A DNA stretch of 63,071 bases, counting the filler, from Platydemus manokwari (Eukaryota): assembly GCA_037951405.1 (NCBI GenBank). It is 6 parts of 6 records of this genome, joined end to end, with 100 filler letters (N's around TTAATTAATTAA, not from the genome) between each part and the next. Parts side by side here need not be neighbours in the genome. Positions count along the whole stretch, not along the records: positions 11,667 to 21,394 come from JBBMOY011212767.1; positions 21,495 to 30,293 come from JBBMOY011348316.1; 4 more parts are not named here. The stretch is one strand, 5' to 3'. Positions 11,667 through 23,987 of this stretch are shown piece by piece. A program made the position numbers and the translations under genes. The notes beneath the pieces are model-generated. The model saw only the letters and a list, made by a program, of their open reading frames with translations, had not been told where the DNA came from and made no database searches. Each line of letters starts with the position of its first letter. Positions within the stretch are counted from its first letter, which is position 1.

Positions 11667-13802
11667 TATATCTGTTTGCTACAAGCCACACTTATTTCAA
11701 TAAAATTGTTTACAATCGATTTTAATTTCTGAACTCACGAATGATAAAATGTTTTTTGCTATTTCTCCTATCGCTTTTTATAAGGAATATTGCTGCGAAA
11801 TAGCTACTTCCCATAAAAAAATTATAAAGGAATTTGATATCCTGGAAATATTTTATTTTTTTCATTTAATATATGGATTGTGAGTTCTCTGATAAATCGA
11901 TTAAAAATAGGCTGAATGCTGGAGTATCAATGACAAATAATTCATTGAATATTTTCTTTATCCAGAGAAATACAAAAAAATCAATAACTAAATAAAAAAT
12001 TTGTTATCGGAAATAATTTTTCACCAAAGAAGATTATTATTTGTGTTGAATAAGAATTAAAACATGTCGAAATTCAGTGTATTGAATTAAAATTTGTGAT
12101 TTTTAACAAAAATAAATCTCTAATTAGTTCTTGAAATTTGTTTTCCTCATCGCTACGAAATTCTGTTATTGAAACTATTTTTAAATCATGTCACAACGGA
12201 TTACTTTGACACATGAAATTGTGACTAGAATTTTGGTTTCATTATCATACTCGGAGAGTTAATTTAATTTAGTTCAGTTTTCCAAAATTAATTTTTTTTC
12301 CTAGCTTGTTTTAATGGGTGTAACTTGTGATTATTCGAATTTTAATTTCTAATATTTTTTACTGTTTTTAATTAGAAATTCTCTTAAACAAATTACTTCA
12401 TGCTTCTCGATGAATAGCAAAATTATTTCATTGTTATTTTGATTCTTTATTATATGATGATATGTGGTTTAAATCATGTGAGATATTTCAAATTAATTAA
12501 AATTTTAATTCTAATTTAATTCTTATTTTATATAAAATCATATTTGTATAAAATTAAATTTATTTGTTTCAATATTTGTATTAAAATAGATTTGTGGTGC
12601 CTTGACTTTTCAGCTCATTTTTAATGTGTGATTTTTTAAATAGTAGTGGCTAACAAATCAAATGAATAACCACTAAATGTATTTAGTATACACAGGGTCA
12701 CCCACAGGCACATCAGCGATTTAGAAAAAACTAATTTAATGTATTTAAAAACATAATAAATAATAATCTTCTGAGGTTTAAAAACTCTCATCAAAATCCT
12801 ATTTTGGTCCTGCGTAGACATCAACAATGGCTGGGTTGTTCTGCAATATAGCTGCTGAAAACAAATTTGATTAATAAGGGCGGCTCAGTGAGATAACATC
12901 AACACTTTTTATTCATAATATATAATTAATTATAATTAATATATTAATTTCTTATATAAATTATATAGGTGCTAGTATAAACAGTATTAAAATATTGTAC
13001 CTATTTAAACGAAAAATGTTATATTTATAGCCAAAATTGCATCATTAGAAATAGATATAATTTTTCTCCATACATTTTATTTGATTTTGATTGATCAAAT
13101 CACATACATAAAATCTAATTTAACTAGCAACCCAATAATAGAACCAAAGACTCCAAAACATATATTAGCAAACAAAAAGCCCTGTAGAATTGCGTCTTGA
13201 TGATGTAAATAAAAATATCGGTATAAATGCCACAAGCATTTGGTTCATCTTCATAACAAGGATTAAAGAAAAATGATCGTCGCACACTTAACAACAGAAT
13301 CCTAGTACCAGTTGCCAATATTATTATTGTTATTTGTAATAACCTTGTTGGTTTGATTATTTTTAATATTATTATTGGTTATTGATTTTTAATATTAGAA
13401 ATCATCAATTTCAGAATTCACAAATTGTATTTTTATAGATAGAATTTAAAGATTTTTGAGAACTTTATTTTGGTTTACAATCAAAAACATTATTATTAAA
13501 TTATAAATATTATTAAATTATTAATAAAAATATATTATTAAAAATTTTTTTAAATTCAATAAAATTTTTAACCTTTAAACTTTTAAAACCAATTGTAAAT
13601 ATTCTCACAAACTTTATGATAAGGATGATTTCAGAAAAAAGCAGGCGTCATTGAGTGATGATATGAACTGTTGGATATGGGGGTGTTTCAGTAACAAATG
13701 TTACAAATACGATTTAAGTTTATTGTAAAACCACATCTCTCAATAAAGGATTGCATAATTTTTTATTAACCTAATAAATACATCATATTTTTGGTAAATA
13801 TT

Positions 13803-14389
13803 TTGGCTAAAATTAACAAAAGGGGGTCCTAAAATAAAATTTTGAAATTGTTGAGTGTATTGCAATAATCTATATAGTTTATTTAATCAAATTCTTTAAA
13901 AACATTTCGAATTTTTTGTTTAAGCATTTAAGAAGAATTTTAGTTGTTTGAAATCAAATATTAAATAAACTGGAACATCAAAACCTAATAAAATTCGATC
14001 ATTTGAAAAAGGAACCAAAATAGGACGAATTGTTAAAAATTAGTGAGGACCATTTTAGCATTAGAAGCAAATCGTGAGATACTTTCAAATTTTACGATTA
14101 TTTTATAAAAATAAGCAATGATATTATTAAACATGTCTGTGCTTATTAACTCGATTTATAATTAAAAAGTTTAAATCTTAAAACTCAAATAATCATTTAC
14201 AAGTTTTGTTATTAGAAAAGGAACTTAGTTTTCAACATTCAACATATGTTCATATTCAACATTCTAAAAAGTGAGATATTAACCGAATTATATTAATAAA
14301 TCAAACATCGCAATTATATATAAAATTAAGTTATAAAATTATCTCATGCGCGAAAATTCCTTATGATCCCTTTTCTTAACTTAAGCCAA
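13803..14389 (+). mobile_element. MITE-like element with TTGGCT(A/T)AA-type terminal inverted repeats
   Basis: Left end TTGGCTAAAATTAACAAAAGG; right end CCTTTTCTTAACTTAAGCCAA. A second, inverted partial copy lies at 15450-15779. Confidence 0.65.
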
Positions 14390-15449
14390 TTATTCTAACC
14401 TTTTATTCAAATGGTTTTTCTGAAATATCAAGGACATTCGTATTTTATATCAAGCAATACAAACATTTTGTTATGGTATATTTAAAAAATCTAATCGATC
14501 TATATTAATCAATTTACAAATAATAATGCTGCTAATTAATTATCAAGGCCGAAATAAAAATATTTCAATACGAATACCGCTACATGATATATGACAATAA
14601 TTTAATAAATTATAAGCTTAAACTCCCATAATTTTATGGCCCTAATGTCGTGAATGTCGTGACATGTTAATAAATTCACAAACATGCAATAACTCAATAA
14701 CAGAATATCGTCAAATTATATTATAAATTCAATCTGAAAAATATCTGAGATAATTTCTTCCATCGTAAATTAATTTTAGCTGATATTAAATATTTAATTG
14801 GACCTAATGAATAGACCTCTATTCAATTTAATTTATAATATCTATAAAATTTATGTTGCATATATTTGTTAATTAATTTTCTGCAGAAAATATTTGAATT
14901 TAAAGATAAGATAATTAATTTAACGGATGACAGATTTTAATAATTATAATCAAATTAAAACTATATCTATGTTAGAAAATCGAAAAAATATCAATGAGTA
15001 TTAATATTCTGAGATTAATATTCTCTCTGATATTTGAAAATTTTGATTTTTTATTTTTATATGATTTTCAGCGTCAACCAAACACTTTCATTATACGGAA
15101 GAAGATTTTTCTCGTTTATTGTCCTTCGAATGCTCATTTAATTGATTGACAAGCATAAATGGCTAAATTCAAATTAAACAATGATGAGAGATGGAAAGCT
15201 AACATACTTTTTTTCTATGAAAACCGGAATATTAATATTTTAATGCATAAATTCTTTGTTATGCTTTAGCATTCATAACAATGTTAATACCTGCTTGGTC
15301 ATCGGTTTCAATGCATTTTAACCCAATTAATGTCATCTTATCCGTTCCAGAAAAAATTTTGATATTACTCGAAGACTTTTTTATTATTTATTTATTTATT
15401 TTGATTTTCATTTGAATTTATTTAATTATAATTTAACACAGGAACCCAT

Positions 15450-15779
15450 GACATGTTTCAAAGTCTAAAATTATTTATTTTTTGTCAAATAATTGTAAAA
15501 ATTTTAAGTACGTATCAATTTGCTTTTTATTTCCTAGGCTAATTTTCATTAAATTGCATTTTGACCTACTTTGATTCCTTTTTCAAATAATCAAATTTTA
15601 GGAGATTTTTAAGCTCTAATTTATCTAATGTTTTAGTTCAAACAACTAAAACTCTTCTTAAATACTTGAAAAATTGAAAATGTTTTAAATCATATAATTT
15701 AATAAACTATATAGATTTTTGCAATGCACTCAAAAATTTAAAATCTTATTTTAGGACCAATTTTCTTAACTTTAGCCAA
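15450..15779 (-). mobile_element. Inverted partial copy of the 13803-14389 MITE
   Basis: The reverse complement aligns by eye over ~330 bp with 13803-14137. Shared blocks include GGTCCTAAAATAA, ATCTATATAGTTT, TTTTAGTTGTTTGAA, ATTTGAAAAAGGAA and AAACATGTC. Confidence 0.75.
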
Positions 15780-18700
15780 TTTTTCATTTTAATTTTAAAT
15801 GTAGACGAATTTCTTTTCAAATATCTAAATATGAGTCATTAAAAGAAATTTAAGATTCATTTTTATTTAAGTAATATTTAAGTGATCCTAACGTTACAGT
15901 CTATTTCAAACTTGTAAAAAGCTAAAAATGTTTTACTAGTAATTGTAAATAACGTAGTCAATAATCATTTCATGCTAGACAGTATCAAATATATTTCAAT
16001 ATTTTTATTTTCAGAAATAATTAAATAAAAGTGGTAATTTTCCTTCAATATTTATTAATGAAATGTTACTACTAGGCCAGGTAAATTAAAAGAATTAGAA
16101 TTTAATATGATCAAAAGTTAAATTTATGTGAAGTGTGTTGAACTCAGTTGGGCTGACTTTATTTTGGTTCATCAATTTTACGTTTTAACAATGTGACGAT
16201 ATTTCATTGAGCTTGTTTTCAAGGTATTGTTTCTGATATTTAATGTGGTTGTATTAATTGATTATTTTAATTTTTCCTTCAATATTTGCGATCTATGTGT
16301 TTGATGTATTTACCATACAATAATAAATTATGAATTCTGTCGATATATCACTTGTAACCATCTTGACTGGGTCAAATTAATCTTTGTAGAATATTCACAT
16401 TACACTTGTACCTTTTATTTTCATTCATTGGGTAACTATTTTAAAATCATCATGTTAAGACAAATACTATGACAACAATGTGAATTCACAGATATGTGAT
16501 CAATTCTACAAAACCATATTTTGGGGATATAATTTCAGATTAGTCATATATGAATATGAAAATAATCATTGATATATTTTTCATTATTCCGAAAATTCTA
16601 GCTTTTATAATTTAATTTATTGTTAAATTTTTGTCAAATCTCTCGGGCAATGGAAGAGCTTCAGGTTCACTTTGAAATTGGAAATAAAATCATCGTGTCA
16701 CACGAATATTTTAAAATAAAGAACTTAATTCAAAAATTAGACTATAAATTAGAGAAATCTATAACGAGAAAGTAATGAGTTCCAAAATAAAATAGTCGAT
16801 GACAATATGAATAATCTAATTACCATATTTGTCGAATAATATAAGATTATTTATTTTGCTTTGTTTCGCAAATTCATTTCTGGTTTCATTACCATTATTA
16901 ATATCTATAGAAATTAAACAATTGATGATAAATGCTCGGTTATCATGTTTGCATGACAGTATAGGTATGTGTGTAGGTGAATTATCGAAACGGATGTTTC
17001 AGTCATTATTTCACTTGATCCATGTGATGTGTGAATTTCATACATCATTACTTTTGCATGTTGCGAAACATATATTAAATAAAAGAACGCTTTTATATGT
17101 TGACTGTGTCTTTGTCGAGTATTTTTCTATCTTTTTCTATAAGCAAACTATGTAATTTGTGATCTAATAATATTAATAATTGATTGTGTTGATTTCAGTA
17201 AACTAATCTATAAGTTCAGGAATTGCGAAAAAATGAACACAGCTGATTGGTTTTATCTTCCATTCTGTGACAATGATTGAGTGAGTAGTATAAAGGAACC
17301 CAACAATTTATGTATAGTATTGTTGTGCCCAGAATAATAGAAAGTTAGAATTTATATTTCACTCAATTGTTCTAATCAGTACGTGCATAAACAACTCCAA
17401 GACTTATCGAAATACTTCACAAATCAAATAAGCAATGTCATAATACACGGCTTCCAACTAGCAATTGGCAATCTTTACATCAATTTTGATACTTGAAATT
17501 TGTGTGTAATTTGGTTATCACGTTTTGATTTGGTATTTTTTCTCAAGTTTCAATTGGATTTATTGATCTTTGGATGATCTGGATTGGTCAACCCCTATAT
17601 CTGTGTCACTGTGTAATTACGTCAAAATTTCGAATTACAATCGTCCATTTAAATCCTCTCTTACTGAGTTTTTGCTACGGCTGTATGGTTGTGTAGGCAT
17701 GAAAATCTTTAAAGTACTAAAATAAGGATTCCAAAGTAAAAAATCATTTCATCTTTACCCAACAATATTTTAATACTGTTGTTCAAAATGAATCCCAGTC
17801 AATATCGCACAACCCCAAATCCAATTTTAGCTTTCAGCAAGATCAACATCATTTTAATAGAAATCATAAACTCGACAATCTTTAATTCAATCAAATATCA
17901 GTATTCAAGATCTAATATTCTCAGCAGATGCAGTTCCTACAGTCAAGTGAATAAGGTTTTGATAAGTATTAAAAATTTATTGACAATCTAGTTTTTGATC
18001 TTTAATAATTAATTTTATGATATTTAATTTTAATTTTTTGATTTTCTTGATATATATAAGCATTAAATAAATGTAGTTGTCATTGAAAAGTTGTATTGTT
18101 TGTGATCCAAGCCTCGTAACTTTGATAATCTTGTAGAATTGAAAATATAATTAATGACTACAAAACAATTAAATAAAATTAATAATGTAAAATTAAAGGA
18201 ACAAATGTCCAATGTATAAAATAATTTCAAAAATAAAATTGAAATAATGAATTCGATAAATAAAAATTAAAAGATAAGAGAGAAAGATACAGAATAATCA
18301 TAACATAACAAAAATAATAATTAAAGAAAGAAAAAAGAAAAATAAGTAATTTAAGCTAGTTAGGAAGAATGTAAGTCAGGCATAAGGAATGTCATCGGAC
18401 TCAAATTAATCGAGTTTACTAAGAAACATAATAAATGCCAGGTGATAAAGAATGTAATATGATGCATTCTTTAAGGAAATATAATATCAATAAATATGGC
18501 AGAGATATATCACAAATGCTAAAAACACTAGCATATAAACAGAGCACAAATTACTTTGACCACTCATCGAAACAATGACGGCAAGAACACAAATACTCAC
18601 TTCAAGAAAAGTTATCAATGTAAGAATGCTATCGAAAACTATATCGTGCAAAGATTCTGTTATCACAAGCGATTATAAATGTTCGTTTGAAAATAAATTT

Positions 18701-19819
18701 GGAATTTTGTTATTGGAAAAACGTTATAATTGTGAGCATCATTTTATTCGACTATTTCATTGCACGACTAAATTACCAGTCGAGTAATTATATGAACAAA
18801 ATTAACTAAAGTTTCAGTCACCTTCATTTGGTTTTCCTGATATGTGTCGAGTGGACATGTTGTGGTTATCTGCTAAAATATTTTTTTCTATTGTTCATCT
18901 TTCATATTTCTTAAATTATTATTAACTTTATTATTAACTGTAAATTATTATTATAAATTTTTATTGGAACTTTGATTTAGGATCAGTATAATAAAGTTAT
19001 TAGTGTACCTTTTAGTCGATAGCATTAAATATTCCAATTAATTCAGTATTCACACAAATTGCTGCAGCAAAACAAAATATCCTCATTGCAACATTCGAAA
19101 TAAATTTAATCAAAAACCAATCCAACAGACTAAAAAGATGAAACACAAGGACCATTCTTGATGAAAAATTGAACAACATTTGATTGCCAAGATTAACAAC
19201 ATTTAGATTTTATTTAGAGTTTAATAATAAATTCTTCATAAAATAAAAGCAAGTGACTACGAAATGACAACATTAATAGATTTAATATTACAAATTATCG
19301 ATAAATGAAGGATTAAAACAAATTAATTATTTCATGAAATATTGAAAAAGGACATGCTGTTAATTGTAAAGGAACAGAAAATAGTTCTTGCGGAAAAATT
19401 TCGATTCAAAATACAAATAGTAGAGACATATTGTCCATACGACGAATTCTGAAAAGATATTTTGTCACAAATGAAAGAAGTCTTGTTTGGTCTAGTAACA
19501 GGAAATTTGATTAAAGTAAAAAGAAAAATCTGTATAATGCGTATGTAAATTGAACGGGAATACCCATGATATTATTTTTGTAAAAACAGGTTTCAAAGAT
19601 CTATGATATCCAATCTAAGCCAAGGAAGCGCCGAAAAATTTAACTTTTAGGAACAAATTGCTTATCAGTATGATTTGGGGAGATCTGAAATTCTAAAGCA
19701 TGCTGAACATTACTTTCATGAAAAAAGGAAATTATACCATACTTGTAAGCCACTTTTATTTTATATAGAACTCATTGAAAACAACTCGATGTCACGATGC
19801 CAAAAACAATTATTCAAAC

Positions 19820-20528
19820 CAGTGGCTTTCAACCTTTTTGTTGCAGAAGAATCCCGCAGAAACATTCTTCTGGTCTGAAGAAGTACTGTGCAATAATTTC
19901 ATTGATTTATGCAGAAAACAGCATTTATCTTTTAAAATGAAATAAAAGTATTTATGTTCAGAGTATTGCTCATGTATGGTGATGAAATGAAAACAAAATT
20001 ATCCGTGTTTGAATAGACTAAATTTATTCTTATCAAAAACTCAGTGGGAAATTTGAGCCTGGTGTTTCTTGCACAACTCTTTAAGATTCGTTCCTGTTTT
20101 TGACAGACACACACACGAAGTTCATCTTCAACAGACAGCAATGGTGCTCGCTTCTGGTGTTTAATGGTTGTCAGAGCTGAAAATCCAAATTCATCCAAAT
20201 ATGATGTTGAAAATAGCACAAGAAGTCGTAGCGCTTTCTGGGCAATTGCAGGATAATCCTTTTCAACCGGCAACCAAAATATATAAAAGCAAACCTAATA
20301 GTGGTAGGACAAAGTAATTTTTCAAATGTAGCGAGTTTAATTATGTTAAATTTTGTATATTTAAACAAGAAATAATAATAAAATTATAAAAATAATAATA
20401 ATAATAATAAAATAGATTTTCGAATTTGAATTTAACATGTTATTTATTTGTTCGTTGTTATAATTTAGAAATTTAGAAATTGCAGAACTCCAGGAGTGTA
20501 CTGGTGGAACCCAGGTTGAAAACCACTG
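19820..20528 (-). mobile_element. Non-autonomous hAT (Buster/Charlie-type) DNA transposon, 709 bp
   Basis: TIRs CAGTGGCTTTCAACC / GGTTGAAAACCACTG. 8-bp TSD ATTCAAAC / ATTTAAAC (1 mismatch, nnnTAnnn). Internal remnant FWLPVEKDYPAIAQKALRLLVLFSTSYLDEFGFSALTTIK...KKHQAQISH* is a Buster C-terminal dimerisation domain. Confidence 0.92.
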
Positions 20529-21394
20529 ATTTAAACAAATTAATATCTTTTGATATTATTGTATAAAACTTTTTCAAATTTAGATACTTTTTGTCATTAA
20601 CTTATTTTCTAAGACAAACACGCTTCCATTGTCTAACTCCAATTCTTTTCATACAAAAGATTACATTATTGTAAGTCTGAACATTTAACGATCTATGAAT
20701 ACATTCGAATTGGCCTTTTCCATAAATTGACGTTTGTTAATTTTTTAAAAATATTTAAACAAATGGTTGTTTATCATGGGATTATTGGCATAAATTTATA
20801 ATAAAATCCGATCAGGTATTTTAGCCCCCCATAGGCCTAGCATACTTTTGTAATAAGATTGGCTCATGTCATTTGAATAATCCCAAACGAATTTTGCTTA
20901 GCTGAAAGCATTGCCAAATCAATAGTTAGCATAAAACTTAGAAGATTATATATCCGAATGAATAGCAGCTTGCAGTGTGATCATGATAATCTTTACCTTG
21001 TTGAATTTTAATTTAAGAAAATTATCGCACTCTATTGATTCTGTTCGATAATAAATAAAGAATCTCTTTTTTAAATTGTAAAAATTGATGAGGTATATAA
21101 AAGAGTAAGATGGTTCGTGAAGGGTTTGAACTTCAAAGCTTGTTTTTTACTGAAAAACTTCCACAACATGTTAACGAATATTTGCTCATCTAGAAATTAC
21201 CAAAGTCCATTTTTAATTGCAAATGTTCGATCTCTCCAGCTTTAATCTCTGAAATTTCAAATTCATAGAGCTTAGATCAAACTTAATAGAAAAACCGTTC
21301 TATTCCATCAGCACACATACCAGGTTGAGTCAAAAGTTATTCATCTTTTTATGCAGGTATTTTATTAACACAAATTGTTATAACGCTGAACATA

Positions 21395-21494
21395 NNNNNN
21401 NNNNNNNNNNNNNNNNNNNNNNNNNNNNNNNNNNNNNNTTAATTAATTAANNNNNNNNNNNNNNNNNNNNNNNNNNNNNNNNNNNNNNNNNNNN
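21395..21494. other. Assembly linker (100 nt, six-frame stop spacer)
   Basis: N-run/TTAATTAATTAA/N-run. Confidence 0.98.
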
Positions 21495-22250
21495 CCAGTA
21501 ATAAAATTATTCGTTGAATAAGATATATTCAGGATATCTTCTTTATTTCAAACCTAATGAATTTATGATTCAGCATTAAGTTTATCCTTGAATAGTTAAT
21601 CAATAATAAGTTTGTCTACTTTATTGTTCAAGGATATAGAATAATAAACACATCACTATGTGTTAAAAGTCTATTTGGCAAATGTAGTATACAGTTCTGC
21701 AATATTACATCCTTTATACAAACATAAGAATAATAAAATCGATGCAACTTCGAGCGGTTTGCTTATCTTCTAATAAAACAATGGAACGCATATCGATCCA
21801 TAGGAAAAGAAAAAAATTCTAATCAATGAATAAGCCGAATTTATTGCCAATAAGTAATTGTACCAGTAACCGGAGAAAATCAATAGATTATCTTATCAAA
21901 ATTCATTCATTTATTTCAGGAAGGATAGAATTAATATTTCGTTAAACATCACTTGTCAAAAAATTCAATTATCATATTCATATTTCTACCATGTATGAAA
22001 ACCAAACTAAACAGAAAATGAAAGAGATACATGTAGAAATAATTGCATACATGAGAGTAAGAATACACATTGATGATAAACTTGACATGCAAAACTACTT
22101 ACAACAAATGTCTATTTGCATATATAAGTGAAATCCTTAATAAAGATGCAAAGAAAAAGTAAAGACATCGTTTATTTGCATAAATACTTATTGTTTCAAA
22201 AGTCACAAGCGTTTTTCGAATATTTAAACAAATCTAAGATTTATCTAACT

Positions 22251-22773
22251 TCCTTCTCTCTTTGTTTTGAGATCTTTGATTTTGGAGCCCATCCCTATAG
22301 ATCCAATTATCGATGATGGGCTTGAAAATAAGTGATCTCGTCTTGTCTAAAAGTGGCACCAAACATACTAATTTACTGAATCTATCAACAATAACCAATA
22401 GATATTTGGTTTTAGTCTTAAATTCCCCAAAGTGCGCAACATCAACAAAAATCTGTTTTAAAGGACTAAACTTATCCCTTGGAATCATAATTTCTTCAGT
22501 CCGTCCAGTGTATACTTTCTTCTTAACACAAATATCAAAATTATGTACTCCGTGTTCGATGCTTCATGACATATTTGACCAGACTTATTTTGTATGTAAT
22601 CGATCAATTTCTTACTACCGATAGGGCATGATACACCACCATATTTTGAAATAACTCTATTTTTCTAAACTGTTAAAATATTTACTTTTCTTGACTACTG
22701 ATTTGACTCATGTTTCGGTTTTTTGTAACCAATTTAGAATGGATCCAACGACAGTATTTTCTTGTTTTGAATC
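22251..22773 (-). mobile_element. Ty3/gypsy integrase fragment (zinc-finger region and start of the rve core), decayed
   Basis: PLKQIFVDVAHFGEFKTKTKYLLVIVDRFSKLVCLVPL...IIDNWIYRDG matches the integrase consensus P...I.+D......YLLV+VD.FSK....PL....WI.RFG. Confidence 0.85.
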
Positions 22774-23987
22774 TTCAAAAGCCACACGCATTTTTTTCGA
22801 ATATTTAAACAAGTCTAAGATTTATCTAACTGGAAAGAACATATCTTGAACAAATCGTGTAAATTCTGTAAACATTTCAATAAAAACACAAAAACCTCAA
22901 ATAAATGATGAATGCTGGGAATTTTGAAAGAAATTAAAAATAAAGTTAAGTTTTTGTAATTGTTGATTATTGTTTTTATTATGTTCCACTGATTATGTTG
23001 TCCTACTTCTTGTACAGTATGAAACTTGTTACCAGGAATTTAAAGATGTAGTGGCTGTAATTAAGTGTCTACCATCAAAATATCCACTACGAGTCTCAAT
23101 GATAATCCCCAATATAACTTCAAATAATATTTATTACCGATTTGGAACGTCTGCTAACCTAAATTAATTTTTATTAAAAACTTGTATCTTATATGGAGAA
23201 CATTCAAACGAATCAAGGTAAGAATAAAGCATTAGGGTGAAAATCGATTTCGATTACTTAAAATAAGGTAACTATCAACGCGTGGTTGATTAACACGTTA
23301 ATGAGACAGAGTTTCATATTAATGATTTCGGCTTTTTCAGTTCTCACATTTTCAGATCTCACATATTCAAACAATTCGCATTTTAGTTAGGCTATATTTA
23401 TGGCCAAGAAATTTTAAATTTTCTATGAAATAAGATCTGAGTGACTCATCTACTCAAGCTTGATTATTACAAAATCCAAGCCATTTTGAGATACATTCTA
23501 GTTGCTAAAGAACCCTTGACATTAAAGGACAGAATTATGATAATAAAACAATTACGAATTTCAAGAAAATCTAAATGACAAAATCAAAAAAACGAAATCA
23601 TTGAAATGTTAGTTCTTCCACTGGCCATTTATTGAAGACAATAATCCAAAACACTCACTGACAATGGTTGCTGCTTAGCAACTCAATTAAATACATTCAA
23701 TAAAAGATAAATAAAAGTAGTCCTAAAACTGTATTATTAATAAAAACAATTCAGTAAAAATAAATACTATATAATCACGTCAAATCATCATTAGATTTTT
23801 GTCGGAAAAAATATCCAATAATCATCAACCTGAGCAAATTTAATTGAAATAGTCTAATGGAATAAAACAGAATCGTTACGAATTGAAAAATTGAAATTAT
23901 CAACCAATCATTAAGCATATTCTTCAATCATATGAATTGCACTTTCTTTGTGATAAGCTTTTGTTAATTAGACCGAATGTAAATTGA

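Noticed and set aside
15072-15145. Isolated exon-like segment after TTTTCAG
   Set aside because: No partner exons or recognisable peptide were found, so it is not called as CDS.
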